A DNA stretch of 64,000 nucleotides from an uncultured Armatimonadetes bacterium (GCA_963716175.1 OY970296.1:2336001-2400000), one strand, 5' to 3'. Counted from the first letter of the stretch, positions 29,826 to 42,492 are shown. Numbers and translations are program-made. The notes: generated from the letters alone by a model not told the origin.

Positions 29826-31199
29826 ATGATGCAACGCTACGAACCCAGGTGGGAGTCGCTCAAAGAGTACACCGTTCCAGAGTGGTACCGGGACGCGAAG
29901 CTGGGCATCTTCATCCACTGGGGAGTTTATGCCGTGCCGGCTTTCGACAACGAATGGTATCCCCGGCACATGTACGTCAGGGACCACCCCGCCTTCGCGC
30001 ACCACGCACGGAAGTGGGGGCCCCAGTCGCAGTTCGGGTACAAGGACTTCATCCCGATGTTCAAGGCCGAGAACTGGGACCCGGCAGCCTGGGTGGACCT
30101 GTTCGAGAAGAGCGGGGCCAGGTACATCGTGCCAGTGGCCGAGCACCATGATGGGTTCCCGATGTACGACTGCTCGTTCACGGATTGGAAAGCGAGCAAG
30201 ATGGGTCCGTGTCGGGATGTGGTGGGGGAACTGGAGCAGGCGGCGCGCGGGCGCGGTCTGAAGTTTGGCGTTTCCTCCCACCGCGCTTTCAACTGGCGCT
30301 ACTATACCTACGCCGAGGATTTCGACACTGTCAACCCGGCCAACGCGGGCCTTTACAACCTGGCGCACCCGCAGGATCAGCCGGCCACCGCGCACTTCCT
30401 CGAGGATTGGTGGGGGCGCACGAAGGAGCTGATAGATAGGTTTGAGCCAGATGTGCTGTGGTTCGACTTCTGCTGGCACTTCGACGAGTTCGAGCCCTAC
30501 CGCCGCCAGACTGCGGCCTACTACTACAACCGGGCCCTGGACTGGGACAAGGGCGTGGTGCTGAACTACAAGGACAAGTTCCCGGACGCCACCGCGGTGC
30601 TGGACATCGAGCGGGGCAAACTGGATGCCACCCGCGAGCACTACTGGCAGACTGATACTTCGGTCAGCTACAAGTCGTGGGGCTACGTCGAGGAGGACGA
30701 GTTCAGGACGGTTACCAGCGTGGTGCATGATCTGGTGGATATCATCAGCAAGAATGGCAATCTGCTGCTCAACGTCGGCCCCAGGCCCGATGGCACCATT
30801 CCCGATGAGGCGGCCCAGATTCTGCGCGGTCTCGGCGAGTGGCTGGCCGTCAACGGCGAGGCGGTATACGGCACCCGCTATTGGCGCGTCTATGGAGAAG
30901 GCCCCACCGGCGTGACTGCCGGCCACATGAAGGAGCGGGAGGACCAGGCCTTTACCGCGCAGGACATCCGTTTCACGACCAAGGACGATGCGCTGTACGC
31001 GATCTGCCTGGGCTGGCCGGACCGGGAGTGGGAGGTCCGGTGTCTCGGTTCACGCGCTGGCAGGATCTCGGCCGTGAGCCTGCTTGGATCGAGCGAGAAG
31101 ATCCCGTGGTCGCAGGAACCTGAGGCATTGAGGATCAAGGCCCCCGCCCGGAAGCCGTGCGGGCATGCCTACGCGTTCAGGATCACGCTGGAGAGATAA
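29826..31199 (+). CDS. alpha-L-fucosidase (GH29)
   Basis: WYRDAKLGIFIHWG, AEHHDGF, LWFD and NGNLLLNVGP motifs. Confidence 0.95.
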   Translation: MMQRYEPRWESLKEYTVPEWYRDAKLGIFIHWGVYAVPAFDNEWYPRHMYVRDHPAFAHHARKWGPQSQFGYKDFIPMFKAENWDPAAWVDLFEKSGARYIVPVAEHHDGFPMYDCSFTDWKASKMGPCRDVVGELEQAARGRGLKFGVSSHRAFNWRYYTYAEDFDTVNPANAGLYNLAHPQDQPATAHFLEDWWGRTKELIDRFEPDVLWFDFCWHFDEFEPYRRQTAAYYYNRALDWDKGVVLNYKDKFPDATAVLDIERGKLDATREHYWQTDTSVSYKSWGYVEEDEFRTVTSVVHDLVDIISKNGNLLLNVGPRPDGTIPDEAAQILRGLGEWLAVNGEAVYGTRYWRVYGEGPTGVTAGHMKEREDQAFTAQDIRFTTKDDALYAICLGWPDREWEVRCLGSRAGRISAVSLLGSSEKIPWSQEPEALRIKAPARKPCGHAYAFRITLER

Positions 31200-31365
31200 C
31201 GGCGGTCGCCGCGGAAGGCGGGGCTATGGGCGTGCTCCCGAAGCGCGCCGACTTCGGGCAGATCGCGGCTGCCAGGGGCAGTAGTTCACGGATGATGAGG
31301 AATGGAGCCGGCTGCGTCTGGCCCTGAAGCAGGCCTGCGGGGTCCGCGCCTGACCGTCCCGGCGT

Positions 31366-32626
31366 TCAGGCGGATTCACGTAGTGCAGGCAGCGTCAGGA
31401 TAGCGCGGGTTCCCTGGTTCTCTTTGCTCTCGATCTGCAGGTCGCCGCCGTGGGCCTGAGCAAGAGCGCGCGCGATCCGCAGTCCCAGGCCGCTGTGCCG
31501 GCCTCCCGGTGTGCGCGCCGCGTCGCCCCGGTAGAACGCGTCGAAGACATACGGCAGGTCCTCCGCGGGGATCCCGCGACCCGTGTCGCTGACGGTAACG
31601 GTGACGGGATCTCCGGGCTCGACCATCACCCGCACTTCCGCCCCCGCTCCGGCGTGGCTGAGGGTGTTGTCCACCAGGTTATCGAGGATCTGGGCCAGCC
31701 GGTGAGGGTCGCCTGACACCACGGCTGCGGCCCCCTCGGCCAGGGGGTGAAGGTGGATGCCCGCGCTCTCGGCCGCGTGGCTGTGCCGGCGGAGGCAGTC
31801 CATGGCGGCCATGCGGAGATCTACCGGCACGGGATGAAGCGGGAACTCATCGAGGTCGAGCCGCGCCAACTCGATCAGGTCGTTCACCAGGCGTTCCATC
31901 CGCGCCGCGCTCTCGACGATGGCGCTGGTGGCGCGCTCCATCCGCTCCGGGCTGGCGGCAACCCCGTCGCGCAGGGCCTCGGCCATGGTCTTGAGGGTGG
32001 CCACCGGGCTGCGCAACTCGTGCGCCACGTCCGCGAGCAACTGCTGGCGACGCAGGCTGTCGGCCTGAAGCGCCTGAATCTGATCTCCGATGCGCTGCGC
32101 CATCTGGTTCATGCTGGTGGCCACCCGTCCGAACTCGTCATCGCCAGTCAGCGGGATTCGGTGGCCGAAGGTCCCGCTGCGGAGCGCTCTGGCGCCTTCC
32201 GCCAGCATGACGAGGGGACGCGTGAAGCGCCGGCTCAGCCAGATGCCGGCCGCCACAGACAGCAAGATACCAATGCCCAGGTTAGCGAGCAGCCTGGGAT
32301 CTCCCCAGAACGGTCTGGGAGGGCGCGGCGGCCGGCCCTCGCCGGGGCCCCCTCCAGGAGGCGGCGGCCGACCCTCGCGGCCGCGCTCTCCAGGGTACGG
32401 AGGCGGCGGCCGGCGGCCGCGCTCTCCTCCCCGCGCCTCCGGTGCGAAGAGCCGCTCACCACCTGGCCTCTGAGACGGCGCGGCTGCCCCGGGGGGTGGC
32501 GGCCCGGGCGGCCGTCCCGGCCGGCGCAGGACGCCCAATCTTATCAGCTGGAAGACCAGAGCGCCGCCCACCAGCCAACTGAGGGCGACCACCACCACCA
32601 TCGTCAGGATCAGTCGCGCTCCGACG

Positions 32627-32649
<23 letters not shown>
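31366..32649 (-). CDS. sensor histidine kinase (HAMP-HisKA-HATPase)
   Basis: AHELRSP, N-box, DTGRGI, SGLGL; two TMs flank a Pro/Gly/Arg-rich loop. Confidence 0.95.
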
Positions 32650-33307
<658 letters not shown>

Positions 33308-33391
33308 CGCTCTCTGCCTCTGCTGCGTCCGCACTTGCTGCTATGCATGATACCCGTCGCCCTCCGTCGCGTCAAAGCCCCACGACTGGCG

Positions 33392-34630
33392 TTACTCGTA
33401 CCGCAGGGCTTCGATGGGGTTGAGCTGGGCGGCCTTCTGCGCCGGCCAGATGCCGAAAAAGAGGCCGACCGCGGTGGCCACTCCCACGGCCTGGATGACC
33501 GAGGCGGTGGTGATCGCGGCGGGCGTGCTGAGGAGGGAGCCGAGCAGACTCGCCCCGAGCGCCCCCGCTCCGATGCCGAGCAGGCCTCCGGCCCCGGAGA
33601 TGACGCAGGACTCGATGAGGAACTGCAGGCGCACATCCTTGCTCGTCGCCCCGACCGCCTTGCGCAGGCCGATCTCCCGGGTGCGCTCTGACACGGACAC
33701 CAGCATGATGTTCATGATCCCGATGCCCCCGACAATCAAGGACACCACCGCGATTCCGGCGAGCAAGCTGGTCATAGTGCCTGTCGCGGTCTGGAAAGCC
33801 TCCAGCAGTCCCGTCTGGCTCCGGATGTGGAAGTCGTCGTTATCCTCATAGGGAGGCAGGATGTGATGGCGCTCGCGCAGCAGCCGACTGATCTGGTCCG
33901 TGGCCAGATCCATGGCGTCGCGCGAAGCGGCCTCGATGTTGATGGTGGAGAGGTCAGCGCGGTTGAAGATGCGCCGCAACGCAGTGCTCACGGGCACGAT
34001 CACCTGGTCATCCTGGTCCGGCCCGAAGCCTCCCGCGCCCTTGGTCTTCAGGATCCCGACGACCTTATAGCTGGAGCGGTCCACCAGCACCGTCTCCCCG
34101 ACCATGTTCGTATTCACATCCCCGGTGAGCTGCTGGACGACGGTGGTCCCCAACACGGCCACCTTCAGGCGCCCGTCCACGTCGGTCTGGGTGAGGAAGC
34201 GCCCGGCCTGCACCGGGGAGTTGTTCACGGTGCGATACTCGGGGGTGGTGCCGGTGGCAGTGGTGGACCAGTTCTTATTCCCATACTTCAGCGTCACCGC
34301 CCCCCGGGCGGTGGGGGCGACGTCGCGGACAGTCTGTGGGAAGTGGCGCGCGATCGTCTTCGCGTCGGCCTCGGTGAGGGTTGTCACCTGCGATCCCGCG
34401 CTGCCGGGGCCGCCGAAGCGCAGCTTCGGGTTCCCTGGCATCACGGTAAGGAGGTTGGTGCCCAGGGAGCTGATGCTCGCCGTCACCTTCTGGCTGGCGC
34501 CCTCGCCCAGGCCCACCATGGCGATCACCGCGCTCACGCCGATGATGATGCCGAGCATGGTGAGGCTAGTGCGCATCTTGTTCCGCCCCAGAGCGCGCAA
34601 GGCTACCTTCAGGCTTTCCCAGAGGTCCAT
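33392..34630 (-). CDS. MacB/FtsX-like ABC permease
   Basis: [33 protein letters not shown] and [10 protein letters not shown]. Confidence 0.95.
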   Translation of the reverse strand: MDLWESLKVALRALGRNKMRTSLTMLGIIIGVSAVIAMVGLGEGASQKVTASISSLGTNLLTVMPGNPKLRFGGPGSAGSQVTTLTEADAKTIARHFPQTVRDVAPTARGAVTLKYGNKNWSTTATGTTPEYRTVNNSPVQAGRFLTQTDVDGRLKVAVLGTTVVQQLTGDVNTNMVGETVLVDRSSYKVVGILKTKGAGGFGPDQDDQVIVPVSTALRRIFNRADLSTINIEAASRDAMDLATDQISRLLRERHHILPPYEDNDDFHIRSQTGLLEAFQTATGTMTSLLAGIAVVSLIVGGIGIMNIMLVSVSERTREIGLRKAVGATSKDVRLQFLIESCVISGAGGLLGIGAGALGASLLGSLLSTPAAITTASVIQAVGVATAVGLFFGIWPAQKAAQLNPIEALRYE

Positions 34631-35370
34631 ACCGCCTCCCTCTCAACCATGGTGTCCAGCATGTCCGCGGCGGACAATCGCTCTCTGACCGGCATGTCCT
34701 GCTCCACAAAGCCGTCGCGAATGGCGATGATGCGCCTGGCATGGCGTGCGATATCGGACTCGTGAGTCACCAGGATCACGGTGATGCCGTACTCGTTGAG
34801 CTCCTGGAAGATACGCATGATCTCCTCGCCCTGGCGGGTGGCCAGGTTGCCGGTTGGCTCGTCGGCGAGGAGGAGGCTGGGCTGGGTGACCAGTGCGCGA
34901 GCGATGGCGACGCGCTGCTGCTGGCCGCCGGAGAGCTCGCTGGGCTTGTGGTGGAGACGGTCTGCGAGCCCCACGCGGGCCAACGCCTCCGCGGCCAAGT
35001 CCTTGCGATCCTTTGCCCGAGCATAGATCAGGGGCAGCTCGACGTTCTCCAGCGCGCTGGTGCGGGGGAGGAGGTTGAAGGTCTGGAAGACGAAGCCGAT
35101 GTTGCGGTTGCGGGTGGCAGCGAGCTCCAGGTCATCGAGTTCACCGACGTCCACCCCGTCCAGGAGGTAGGTCCCCGAGGTGGCCCGATCGAGACAGCCC
35201 AGGATATGCATGAGGGTGGACTTACCGGATCCAGAGGGGCCGGTGATGGCCACGAACTCGCCGGCGAAGATGGCGAGATCCACTCCCGCCAGCGCCTCGA
35301 CCCGGGCCCTGCCCAAGTCGTAGACCTTGGTCAGCTCCGATACGTCAATTACGGGTCTAGCCGCGGCCAC
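34609..35370 (-). CDS. ABC ATP-binding protein (MacB/LolD-like)
   Basis: [16 protein letters not shown] and ADEPTGNL motifs; GTG at 35370 with GGAGG RBS. Confidence 0.95.
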   Translation of the reverse strand: MAAARPVIDVSELTKVYDLGRARVEALAGVDLAIFAGEFVAITGPSGSGKSTLMHILGCLDRATSGTYLLDGVDVGELDDLELAATRNRNIGFVFQTFNLLPRTSALENVELPLIYARAKDRKDLAAEALARVGLADRLHHKPSELSGGQQQRVAIARALVTQPSLLLADEPTGNLATRQGEEIMRIFQELNEYGITVILVTHESDIARHARRIIAIRDGFVEQDMPVRERLSAADMLDTMVEREAVWTSGKA

Positions 35371-36949
35371 GGCCTCCCCCTGCTCCGCCCCCGGGGGGTG
35401 GGCCGGGCGGGCCGCCGAGGCCGAAGGGGCCTGGCACTGGCGGCCCCTCTCTCCGGCGGTCGCCCATCTGCGAAGTCTGCCCCGAGACGACCACGCTATC
35501 GCCGTCCTGGAGTCCGCTGATGATCTCGGTGCGGTCACCATCGCTGATCCCGGTTCGCACCGAGACGGTTGTGAACTCCGGCTTGCCACCAGGCCCGCCA
35601 GTCATGGCGGCGACGGTGGCGCCATGCGCGCTGTTCTTCAGAGCATCTACGGGGATCGTCAGCACGCGCTCTCGCCGCGCGATAACGATGTTGGCGGTGG
35701 CGGTCATGTCGGGTTTGAGCAGGTGGCCTGGGTTCTCCAGCGCGATGGTGACATCGTAGGTCACCACATTCTGCTGCATGGTCGAGCCGGAGGCGATCTT
35801 GGCCACGCGACCCCGGAACGGGCGGTTCGGGTAAGCATCTACGGTAACGGTGGCCGGCTGGCCCACGCGCACTTGGCCGATGTCGGTCTCATCCACGTAC
35901 GCATCCACCTGGAGCCGGTCGAGGTCGGCCACGATGATGAGGGTGGGGGCGGACAGACCGGCGGCGATGGTCTCGCCTTCCTGTTGGGCGAGCTGGATCA
36001 CCGTGCCCGAGATCGGGGAGCGGATGTACGACTTATCGAGCTGCGACCGCGCCATTGCGGCGGTCGCCTCTGACTGGCGCACGGCGGCGCGCGCCTGCGC
36101 CACCTGCTCCTGCTTGATCGCGTTCTGGGCGGTGCCGGCGGCGGCCGCGGTGAGCGCGGCCTGGGCCTGGTCGAGCTGGGCCCGCGCGCAGGCGAGGTCG
36201 CTGTCCACCTTGGTGCGAGTCAGGCTCATGTTCTGCTGCGCGGTGACAAGCTGGGCGGCATTGACCTCGGCCTGCGTGCGGGCATCATCCACAGCTGCCG
36301 CGGCCACATAGCCGTTCTGGAAGAGCTGCTCCGTGCGGGCCAGGCTAGTGTTGGAATTGGTCGCGTTCGCCTGCGCCTGACGCACCGCGGCCTCGGCCGT
36401 GGCGACTTGAAGGTTCGCCGAGTCCTGCGCTTGCCGAAGCATGGTCTGGGCCGTGGCCACGCCGGCGCGGGCCCTCTCGATCTCGGTTCTGCTCTGGATG
36501 CTCTGGAGATCAACCCCAGCGAGCTGCTCGGACAGCCGCCGCTGATTCAGCGCCAGCGTGGCTTCGGCCTGGCTCACCTGGGCTGCGAGGTCGGGCAGGT
36601 CCAGCTCCGCGATGACCTGGCCCGCGCGCACCTGGCTGCCGACGTCGGCAAAGAGATGCTCGATCCGGCCCGTGATCTGAGAGCCGATCTTCACCACCGC
36701 GCCGGTCTGGGCAGTCACCGAGCCGGTGGCCGACACGGTCTGCACCAGATCGGCCCGCTCCGCTTGCGCCATGGTCACCCCGTCCGCGGCGCGCGGCTTT
36801 GCGTGCCGCGCCGCGATCAGCGCGGTGACGGCGAGCACAGGCACGAGAGCAAGCGATGTCTTGGCAATCCATCTCCGGCGGCGCCGGGCGACCGCGACAC
36901 GCATGGTGCCTCGTGCCACCGCCACCTGCGATGCTCCTGTCATGGTCAC
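35357..36949 (-). CDS. periplasmic adaptor (MacA/HlyD-like membrane fusion protein)
   Basis: VSATGSV, long coiled-coil hairpin, IRSPISG, VDETDIG. Confidence 0.93.
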   Translation of the reverse strand: MTMTGASQVAVARGTMRVAVARRRRRWIAKTSLALVPVLAVTALIAARHAKPRAADGVTMAQAERADLVQTVSATGSVTAQTGAVVKIGSQITGRIEHLFADVGSQVRAGQVIAELDLPDLAAQVSQAEATLALNQRRLSEQLAGVDLQSIQSRTEIERARAGVATAQTMLRQAQDSANLQVATAEAAVRQAQANATNSNTSLARTEQLFQNGYVAAAAVDDARTQAEVNAAQLVTAQQNMSLTRTKVDSDLACARAQLDQAQAALTAAAAGTAQNAIKQEQVAQARAAVRQSEATAAMARSQLDKSYIRSPISGTVIQLAQQEGETIAAGLSAPTLIIVADLDRLQVDAYVDETDIGQVRVGQPATVTVDAYPNRPFRGRVAKIASGSTMQQNVVTYDVTIALENPGHLLKPDMTATANIVIARRERVLTIPVDALKNSAHGATVAAMTGGPGGKPEFTTVSVRTGISDGDRTEIISGLQDGDSVVVSGQTSQMGDRRREGPPVPGPFGLGGPPGPPPGGGAGGGRGRG

Positions 36950-36971
36950 ACTCCTTCCGTTCTGGGCGAGC

Positions 36972-38909
36972 CTAGGCCCCGAGCTTGAACGCCCGCGCGA
37001 TGTAGGCCGCCATCAAGTCGCGGGTCACCACGCACTCGGGGTGGTACAGCCCATCCGGATAGCCGGTGGTCACGCCGGCCTGCTGGATGTACTGGATGTA
37101 CTTCCGGGACCAGAAGTCACACGGCACGTCCGGGAAGACAGGGTCGGTGCAGCCGGGGTCAGGCACTGCGCTGTCACCTCCGGCCATGGCGCGGGCAACG
37201 TAGACGGCCATGGTGCCGCGGTCCACGGCCTGCGCCGGCTGGTAGCTCCCATCGCGATAGCCCTGCACCACGCCGCGGGCTGCGGCATATTCCACGTATC
37301 TGAAGGCCCAGAAGCTGATCGGCACGTCGGTGAAAGCCGCGGCGGCTGGCCCGCTGGGCACCGCGGCATCCCCCCCGGCCATGGCGCGGGAGATGTAGAC
37401 AGCCATCTGGTCGCGGGTGACGGGGAGACTGGGTTGGTAGGTGCCGTCGGCATAGCCACTCACAATCCCTGAGTCGTAGCAGGTCTCGATGTCCTTGTAG
37501 GCCCAGTGGTCCCAGTCGAGATCGTCGAATAGCGGCAGGAAGGCATACCCTGTGGCACCTGTGGCTACCGTCACGGGGAGCCGTGGGGCGGGAAACTCGG
37601 TGTAGGTTCCGTTGCCATCGAAGTCCGCGAGGAATGCCGTGGTGGCGACGTTCCCGCTCGAGGAGGCCTGGGCAGAGATGCTGAGGGTGATGAAGAGATC
37701 CGCGAGCCGGTCGCCTGAGAGGGGGGTGACCACGTCAGTCATGTCAACAGCGATCCGCTGCGAGCTGCTTATGCCGAGTTCCATTCCACCCGAGTGGTGC
37801 AGCACCGGATCGGTGACCGCGTCGGCATCGGACGGGAGGCCTGCACCTCCGCTCAAGTCCACGGAGCCGCGTTGAGCAGCATCGAGCCCGACCAGCGCGT
37901 ATACCTTGGGACGGTAGCTCGGTCGGTCGTCGGTATAGAGGATATCGTAGACGAAGCGCCCCTCGGTGAACGCGTCGTAGGCAATCCAGAGGAAGCCGCC
38001 GGCGCCCTTGCTGTTTGCGACTCCCCAGGAGGCTCCCCAGCTATTGGCGGCGAGGAACGCCCCGGTGTGAATCTGCCCGTCGCGCTGGTCTAGGTAGGTC
38101 TTGGTATCATCGTAGCCGACCAAGGTCACGACGTGAGAAGTGAGGTAGGGGCCGTCTGGCGCATAGAGGACATCGCTATCCACGCCAGGAGCGTGGGGGT
38201 AGTCGAAATAGAGGTTGGCGTACATATCCACCATCACCAGCGCGAGCCGGCCATTGGCGAGGAGCTGCTTCGCCGCCTCGAGACCATCGGAGGTGCGGCC
38301 CGAGATGCGGTAGGAGCCCTTCGTGCGGCGGCTGAGTGCGTCTACCCAGGCCGCCTCGGAGGGCCAGGTGGTGTAATCAGTCTCGCGATAGGGGGCAAGA
38401 GCTAGGCTGCTGCAGCCGATCACCGACAACCTCGCCATGGCGTAGTCCAGGTACGCTCCCCCGTCCACGCCATCGTTCAGGAGAGGATACAGGAAGGCTG
38501 GACTGCACGTATTCCCGAGATCACCCTGCGAGACATCGGTGCCCTCATCCATCGCCTGCGTGTAAGTGTCGTAGTAGTAACCAATGGCCCAGCCAACGCA
38601 GGAGTTCTGATCCCCCTGGTCGCCAATCGGGGGGAACCAAGGGAGAGTGCTGTTGTCAACCGCAGTGGGCCAATCGGCTGGGAGTGCTGCCCCCGCGCGT
38701 GAGGTGAACCGGCCTTCGCTCTCGACTCTGGCGCGCGCGACGGCATCGGGGCTCACGTCCTGCACCTGGAAGTAGACGCGAGCTACGTAGGCGCGCTCCT
38801 CGGGAGTGCCGGGTCGGGCCCCGAGGCCGTGAGCCCAGGCCGCCACGCCGCTGCTGACCAGCATCCACGCCGCCAGCGCCGCAAGCATCGCTCTGCATCG
38901 GTTTCCCAT
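36972..38909 (-). CDS. secreted papain-like (C1) cysteine protease with three C-terminal SLH domains
   Basis: Signal peptide; QGDQNSCVGW, SHVVTLVGY and ANSWG triad motifs; three FxD...GYxDG...TR repeats. Confidence 0.88.
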   Translation of the reverse strand: MGNRCRAMLAALAAWMLVSSGVAAWAHGLGARPGTPEERAYVARVYFQVQDVSPDAVARARVESEGRFTSRAGAALPADWPTAVDNSTLPWFPPIGDQGDQNSCVGWAIGYYYDTYTQAMDEGTDVSQGDLGNTCSPAFLYPLLNDGVDGGAYLDYAMARLSVIGCSSLALAPYRETDYTTWPSEAAWVDALSRRTKGSYRISGRTSDGLEAAKQLLANGRLALVMVDMYANLYFDYPHAPGVDSDVLYAPDGPYLTSHVVTLVGYDDTKTYLDQRDGQIHTGAFLAANSWGASWGVANSKGAGGFLWIAYDAFTEGRFVYDILYTDDRPSYRPKVYALVGLDAAQRGSVDLSGGAGLPSDADAVTDPVLHHSGGMELGISSSQRIAVDMTDVVTPLSGDRLADLFITLSISAQASSSGNVATTAFLADFDGNGTYTEFPAPRLPVTVATGATGYAFLPLFDDLDWDHWAYKDIETCYDSGIVSGYADGTYQPSLPVTRDQMAVYISRAMAGGDAAVPSGPAAAAFTDVPISFWAFRYVEYAAARGVVQGYRDGSYQPAQAVDRGTMAVYVARAMAGGDSAVPDPGCTDPVFPDVPCDFWSRKYIQYIQQAGVTTGYPDGLYHPECVVTRDLMAAYIARAFKLGA

Positions 38910-38990
38910 GGTGGGGCCTTCCTGCTGGTGCGCCTGTCGTGCTGCCTGAAGCAGCCAACCGATACCGTACCCGCCCAACATCGCGGGCCT

Positions 38991-39029
38991 GTGGAAGGCC
39001 AATGGAAGGTCCGTGGATTCTTGGTGGAA
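38991..39029 (-). promoter_or_regulatory. four 11-bp-phased direct repeats (TCCAC/T), probable response-regulator boxes
   Basis: Plus-strand TGGA(A/T) at 38992, 39003, 39014 and 39025. Confidence 0.6.
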
Positions 39030-39160
39030 TGGTCGCGTTTGGCGCGCACAGAGGTCAGCGGCAGGAGGCGCGCCTCCGCACCAAGCTCGGAGAACGGCAA
39101 CGGCCGCGGAGGACCCGGCCCTCCCGCTCCCCTGTGGCATTCACGAAGAATGCACTATCA

Positions 39161-39204
39161 CACCACGCCCGCTCCACCCGTGCTCCACATGGCCGGGGTA
39201 GAGT
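39161..39204 (+). promoter_or_regulatory. three 11-bp-phased CCAC boxes plus a -10 element
   Basis: CCAC at 39163, 39174 and 39185; TAGAGT at 39199. Confidence 0.5.
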
Positions 39205-39281
39205 GCGAGTGCCGTGCGCACCTGGAGGCTCTGCGGTGAGCCGACGTGCGGCACGGGAATCTAGCGGAAAGGTGGTGAAAG

Positions 39282-39887
39282 ATGATGCGATCTCTGCGTA
39301 GCCTAACCCACCGCTATTGGGGCGCCGCGGCTGGCGCACTCGTCCTCGCCGCAGCAGCCGGGCTGGGTGCGGTCGCACGCGCACAGACTGACCAGGGCAC
39401 TGTGCCAGGCAGAGTGCTGCTCGACGGGGACCTGGCGAAGCTCGGCGTGGTCGTGATGGCCAATCAGACGCCCATCACCCGGGCCGACGCGCAGGCTGTG
39501 CTCCCGGTACTGGAGGAGATCCAGGCGGACCTCGAGGAGCAGGAGCCAGACGGAGACGGCACAGACGACACTGCCGCTGACCTGGACGCGCAACTGCGCA
39601 CTGCACTCTCTCCGAAGCTGTTGGCAGCAGTTGGCACCGTCCGCCTGCTCGCCCCCTCTGTACCTCGTGGACCGGCCGGTTGGGGCCCGGGTCCCGGTGG
39701 ACGGGGGCACATGCGCGGCCCGGCCGGCCCCGGCGCAGGGCCGGGTGAAGCTGGGGCGGACCTGGCAGGCCCCCGCATGGGACGCGGTCCGCGGGGCGGG
39801 CGTGGCCCTGGCGGCCCGATGGGACCGATGGGTCGCTGGCTGTTGGGCCCGCTCCTTGACTTCTTCAAGACCACCGCTGCTGGATAG
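39282..39887 (+). CDS. hypothetical exported protein with Gly/Pro/Arg-rich region
   Basis: Signal peptide ending ARA; low-complexity C-terminal half. Confidence 0.7.
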   Translation: MMRSLRSLTHRYWGAAAGALVLAAAAGLGAVARAQTDQGTVPGRVLLDGDLAKLGVVVMANQTPITRADAQAVLPVLEEIQADLEEQEPDGDGTDDTAADLDAQLRTALSPKLLAAVGTVRLLAPSVPRGPAGWGPGPGGRGHMRGPAGPGAGPGEAGADLAGPRMGRGPRGGRGPGGPMGPMGRWLLGPLLDFFKTTAAG

Positions 39888-40081
39888 CGATGAGTCAGTC
39901 GCCGCTAGTGCTGTCGCGGACAGGGCCGACACAGCCCGTCGGCCCTGCCCGCTCCGTCTCTGCCGCGTCAGCTCAGATGTGATGGGGCTGCGAGCGAACG
40001 CCGCTCCGGGCCCGTCTGAGCAGTTGCCCGAGCTTCGCCCGTTACTTCTTTGGGCGAAGCTCAGTAGTCCCTCCTCCGGCG

Positions 40082-40876
40082 CTATCGGGCGGCCCCGAAG
40101 ATCTCCTCAAAGAACAGCCGCATCGCCTGCCAGGAACGTCTATCGGCCTTCTCGTTGTAGGCGGCGCCTCTGGAGGGGTCGTTTCCCGATGCGGGATTGG
40201 TGAAGCTGTGCACTGCTCCGCCGTAGATGTTGAGCTGCCAGTCCACACCGGCCGCGCGCATCTCCTGCTCGAAGGCGGAGACCTGTGCAGGAGGGACGAA
40301 CGGATCGTCCCCGCCGTGCAGGGCCAACACCTTGCACTTGATGTTCCTGGCATCGCCGGGGTTGGGGGTGTCCAGGCCTCCGTGGAAGCTGACCACGCCC
40401 GCGATCTCGGCCCCACTCCGCGCCAGCTCCAGCACGGTGGTGCCCCCAAAGCAGTACCCGATGGCGGCGATCTTGCTGGGATCAACCCGCTCGTCGCGGC
40501 GGAGCGCCTCGAGCGCTGCCCTCGCGCGCTCTCGCATCAGCGGGCGGTCATTCCGGTAGAGGGCGGCCACTTTCGCTGACTCTTCGGGCGTCTGCGGCCT
40601 CACGCCCTTGCCGTAGATGTCGGCCGCCATGGCGACATAGCCAAGCCCTACGAGCTGCTCGGCCCGCTTCTTCACATAGGGACCAATCCCATTCCATTCA
40701 TGGACGACCAACACGGCCGGGCGTCTACCCTTCACCTCATCATCATAGGCCAGATACCCCTCCAGCACAGTATCTCTGTCTCGGTACTCGATGGCCGCGG
40801 TGCGCAGTGCGGCGTAGGATGCAGATGAACACAGCAGCGCGGCAAGAACGGCCCAGAACGGGATCATCTCTGTCAT
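40082..40876 (-). CDS. dienelactone hydrolase family protein
   Basis: HEWNG, GYCFGG nucleophile motif, HSFTNP. Confidence 0.93.
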   Translation of the reverse strand: MTEMIPFWAVLAALLCSSASYAALRTAAIEYRDRDTVLEGYLAYDDEVKGRRPAVLVVHEWNGIGPYVKKRAEQLVGLGYVAMAADIYGKGVRPQTPEESAKVAALYRNDRPLMRERARAALEALRRDERVDPSKIAAIGYCFGGTTVLELARSGAEIAGVVSFHGGLDTPNPGDARNIKCKVLALHGGDDPFVPPAQVSAFEQEMRAAGVDWQLNIYGGAVHSFTNPASGNDPSRGAAYNEKADRRSWQAMRLFFEEIFGAAR

Positions 40877-41135
40877 GTCAGTCAACCTTTCGCCTCTAGA
40901 CTCTGTGCACGGATGATAGCGCAGCACCGGGCTGTCCTATTGTCCCTCTGGCACAACATTCGACGGCAGAGGACTCTCGGGAGCAGTTCTCGCGATCCCG
41001 GCGGGGGGAGCAGCAGATGCCATGCCGGTGCGAGCAGGTGATCGGCAAGGAATGAGGGGCTTCGCTCTGGTGCGGTACCGGCCCCGATGATGCCCGCATG
41101 CACAGGCAGCGATGGCTCTCTATCCGCAGCACGAT

Positions 41136-42284
41136 TCACAGGTAGGTGGCGGCGAACTCGCGGGCTGCCTCCATATAGGCGCGCACATTCTCGATCGGAG
41201 TGCCGTTGCGGATGGAGTCCGAGGTGGACAGGATGAAGCGGCCGCCCGGCGCCGCTGCCTGCAGAGTCCGTCGCACCACCTCGCGGATGTCCTCCGGCCG
41301 CATCAGCATGATCACGTTGTAGAGATCAACATTGCCGATCAAACAGATGCGGCTTCCCACCTCCTGCTTGGCCTCGGCGAGACCCACGTCGCCCATGGGG
41401 GGCGGGGGCAAGGTCGAGACGCAGTCAACCCCGGCATCGGCCCAGTCGGCGAGCAGCGGGGTGCACTTGCCGTCATCGTAGAGATGGTAGATCAGCCCAT
41501 GCTCGTGCGCCAGGTTGACGCATTCCTTGATCAAGGGCAAGAAGGCTGCCCGGTAGATGGCCGGCAACCAGCCTGCGCCCAGGGAGAAGTTGTACCAACT
41601 GCCGAAGATCACCGCGGCGCCACTGTGACAGGCGTGGTGGAGCGCTTTCAGATGGTACTCGTGGAAGAAGCGCAAGGCCTGATCGAAGAACTCCCGGTCC
41701 TCATAGTAGAGGATCATGCAGTTGTTGATCCCGATCGCGTCCACGAAGTCATGGTCTACACCCCAGCTGGGCCGCACCTGCACAAGCGCCGAATCGCGCA
41801 CGCTCTCCTCTTCCCGAGCGACGTGCGCGAAGTCGGCAGCCTCCGGCTCCGGCATGAGGTAGCGCAGCCTCTCCAGATCACTCCGCTGCTCTACCAGATG
41901 CTCGATGCGATGAGGGTTGGAGCCGGTGCCGTACACGGACTGCGGATCTCCCAGCTTGTACCGGTCGCTCAGCTCGCCGGCCGGGGTGCTGATGCGACGG
42001 GCGACGATCTCGAAGTCTGGCCCCCGCTCGCGGGTCACTGAGACCGACACGTCCTTGAGGCGGCCATAGCCGCCATCAGCGTAGATCAGATTGGGCAACT
42101 CACCACCCACCGCCAGCATCGGCTCGTAGGGCATCTCCTGGGCCAGCCGCACGTGCTCGGCCACGCCCTGCCCTCCCAGGTACTCGATCAGCCATGACCA
42201 GATGCGCGGCGCGTTCGGGATGCGGTCCAGTTCCTCTCCGCGCATCGCACGCAGCAGACGCTCTCGCACGCTCAGTGTCTTCAC
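41136..42284 (-). CDS. uroporphyrinogen decarboxylase family protein
   Basis: RERLLRAMRGEELDRIP, PPPMGDV, IGNVD, GGRFILSTSD. Confidence 0.85.
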   Translation of the reverse strand: MKTLSVRERLLRAMRGEELDRIPNAPRIWSWLIEYLGGQGVAEHVRLAQEMPYEPMLAVGGELPNLIYADGGYGRLKDVSVSVTRERGPDFEIVARRISTPAGELSDRYKLGDPQSVYGTGSNPHRIEHLVEQRSDLERLRYLMPEPEAADFAHVAREEESVRDSALVQVRPSWGVDHDFVDAIGINNCMILYYEDREFFDQALRFFHEYHLKALHHACHSGAAVIFGSWYNFSLGAGWLPAIYRAAFLPLIKECVNLAHEHGLIYHLYDDGKCTPLLADWADAGVDCVSTLPPPPMGDVGLAEAKQEVGSRICLIGNVDLYNVIMLMRPEDIREVVRRTLQAAAPGGRFILSTSDSIRNGTPIENVRAYMEAAREFAATYL

Positions 42285-42492
42285 GATTGCCCATCACCTC
42301 CAGTGTATTGAGTGCTCTTGGACAAATGCAGGCTAATTCCTCGTCGCGCGCCAGAGTCCGCGCGTTCGGGCGGGCTGTTCGGCGTCGGCGTGAGGCCGCT
42401 CGGCCTCTCTCATGCTGAAGGGACGAGCGCCCGCCTGGTGTAGAGAGGAGCCGAGAGATAGCGGTTACAGTGCTAAGGGAGGATCGGAAGCA

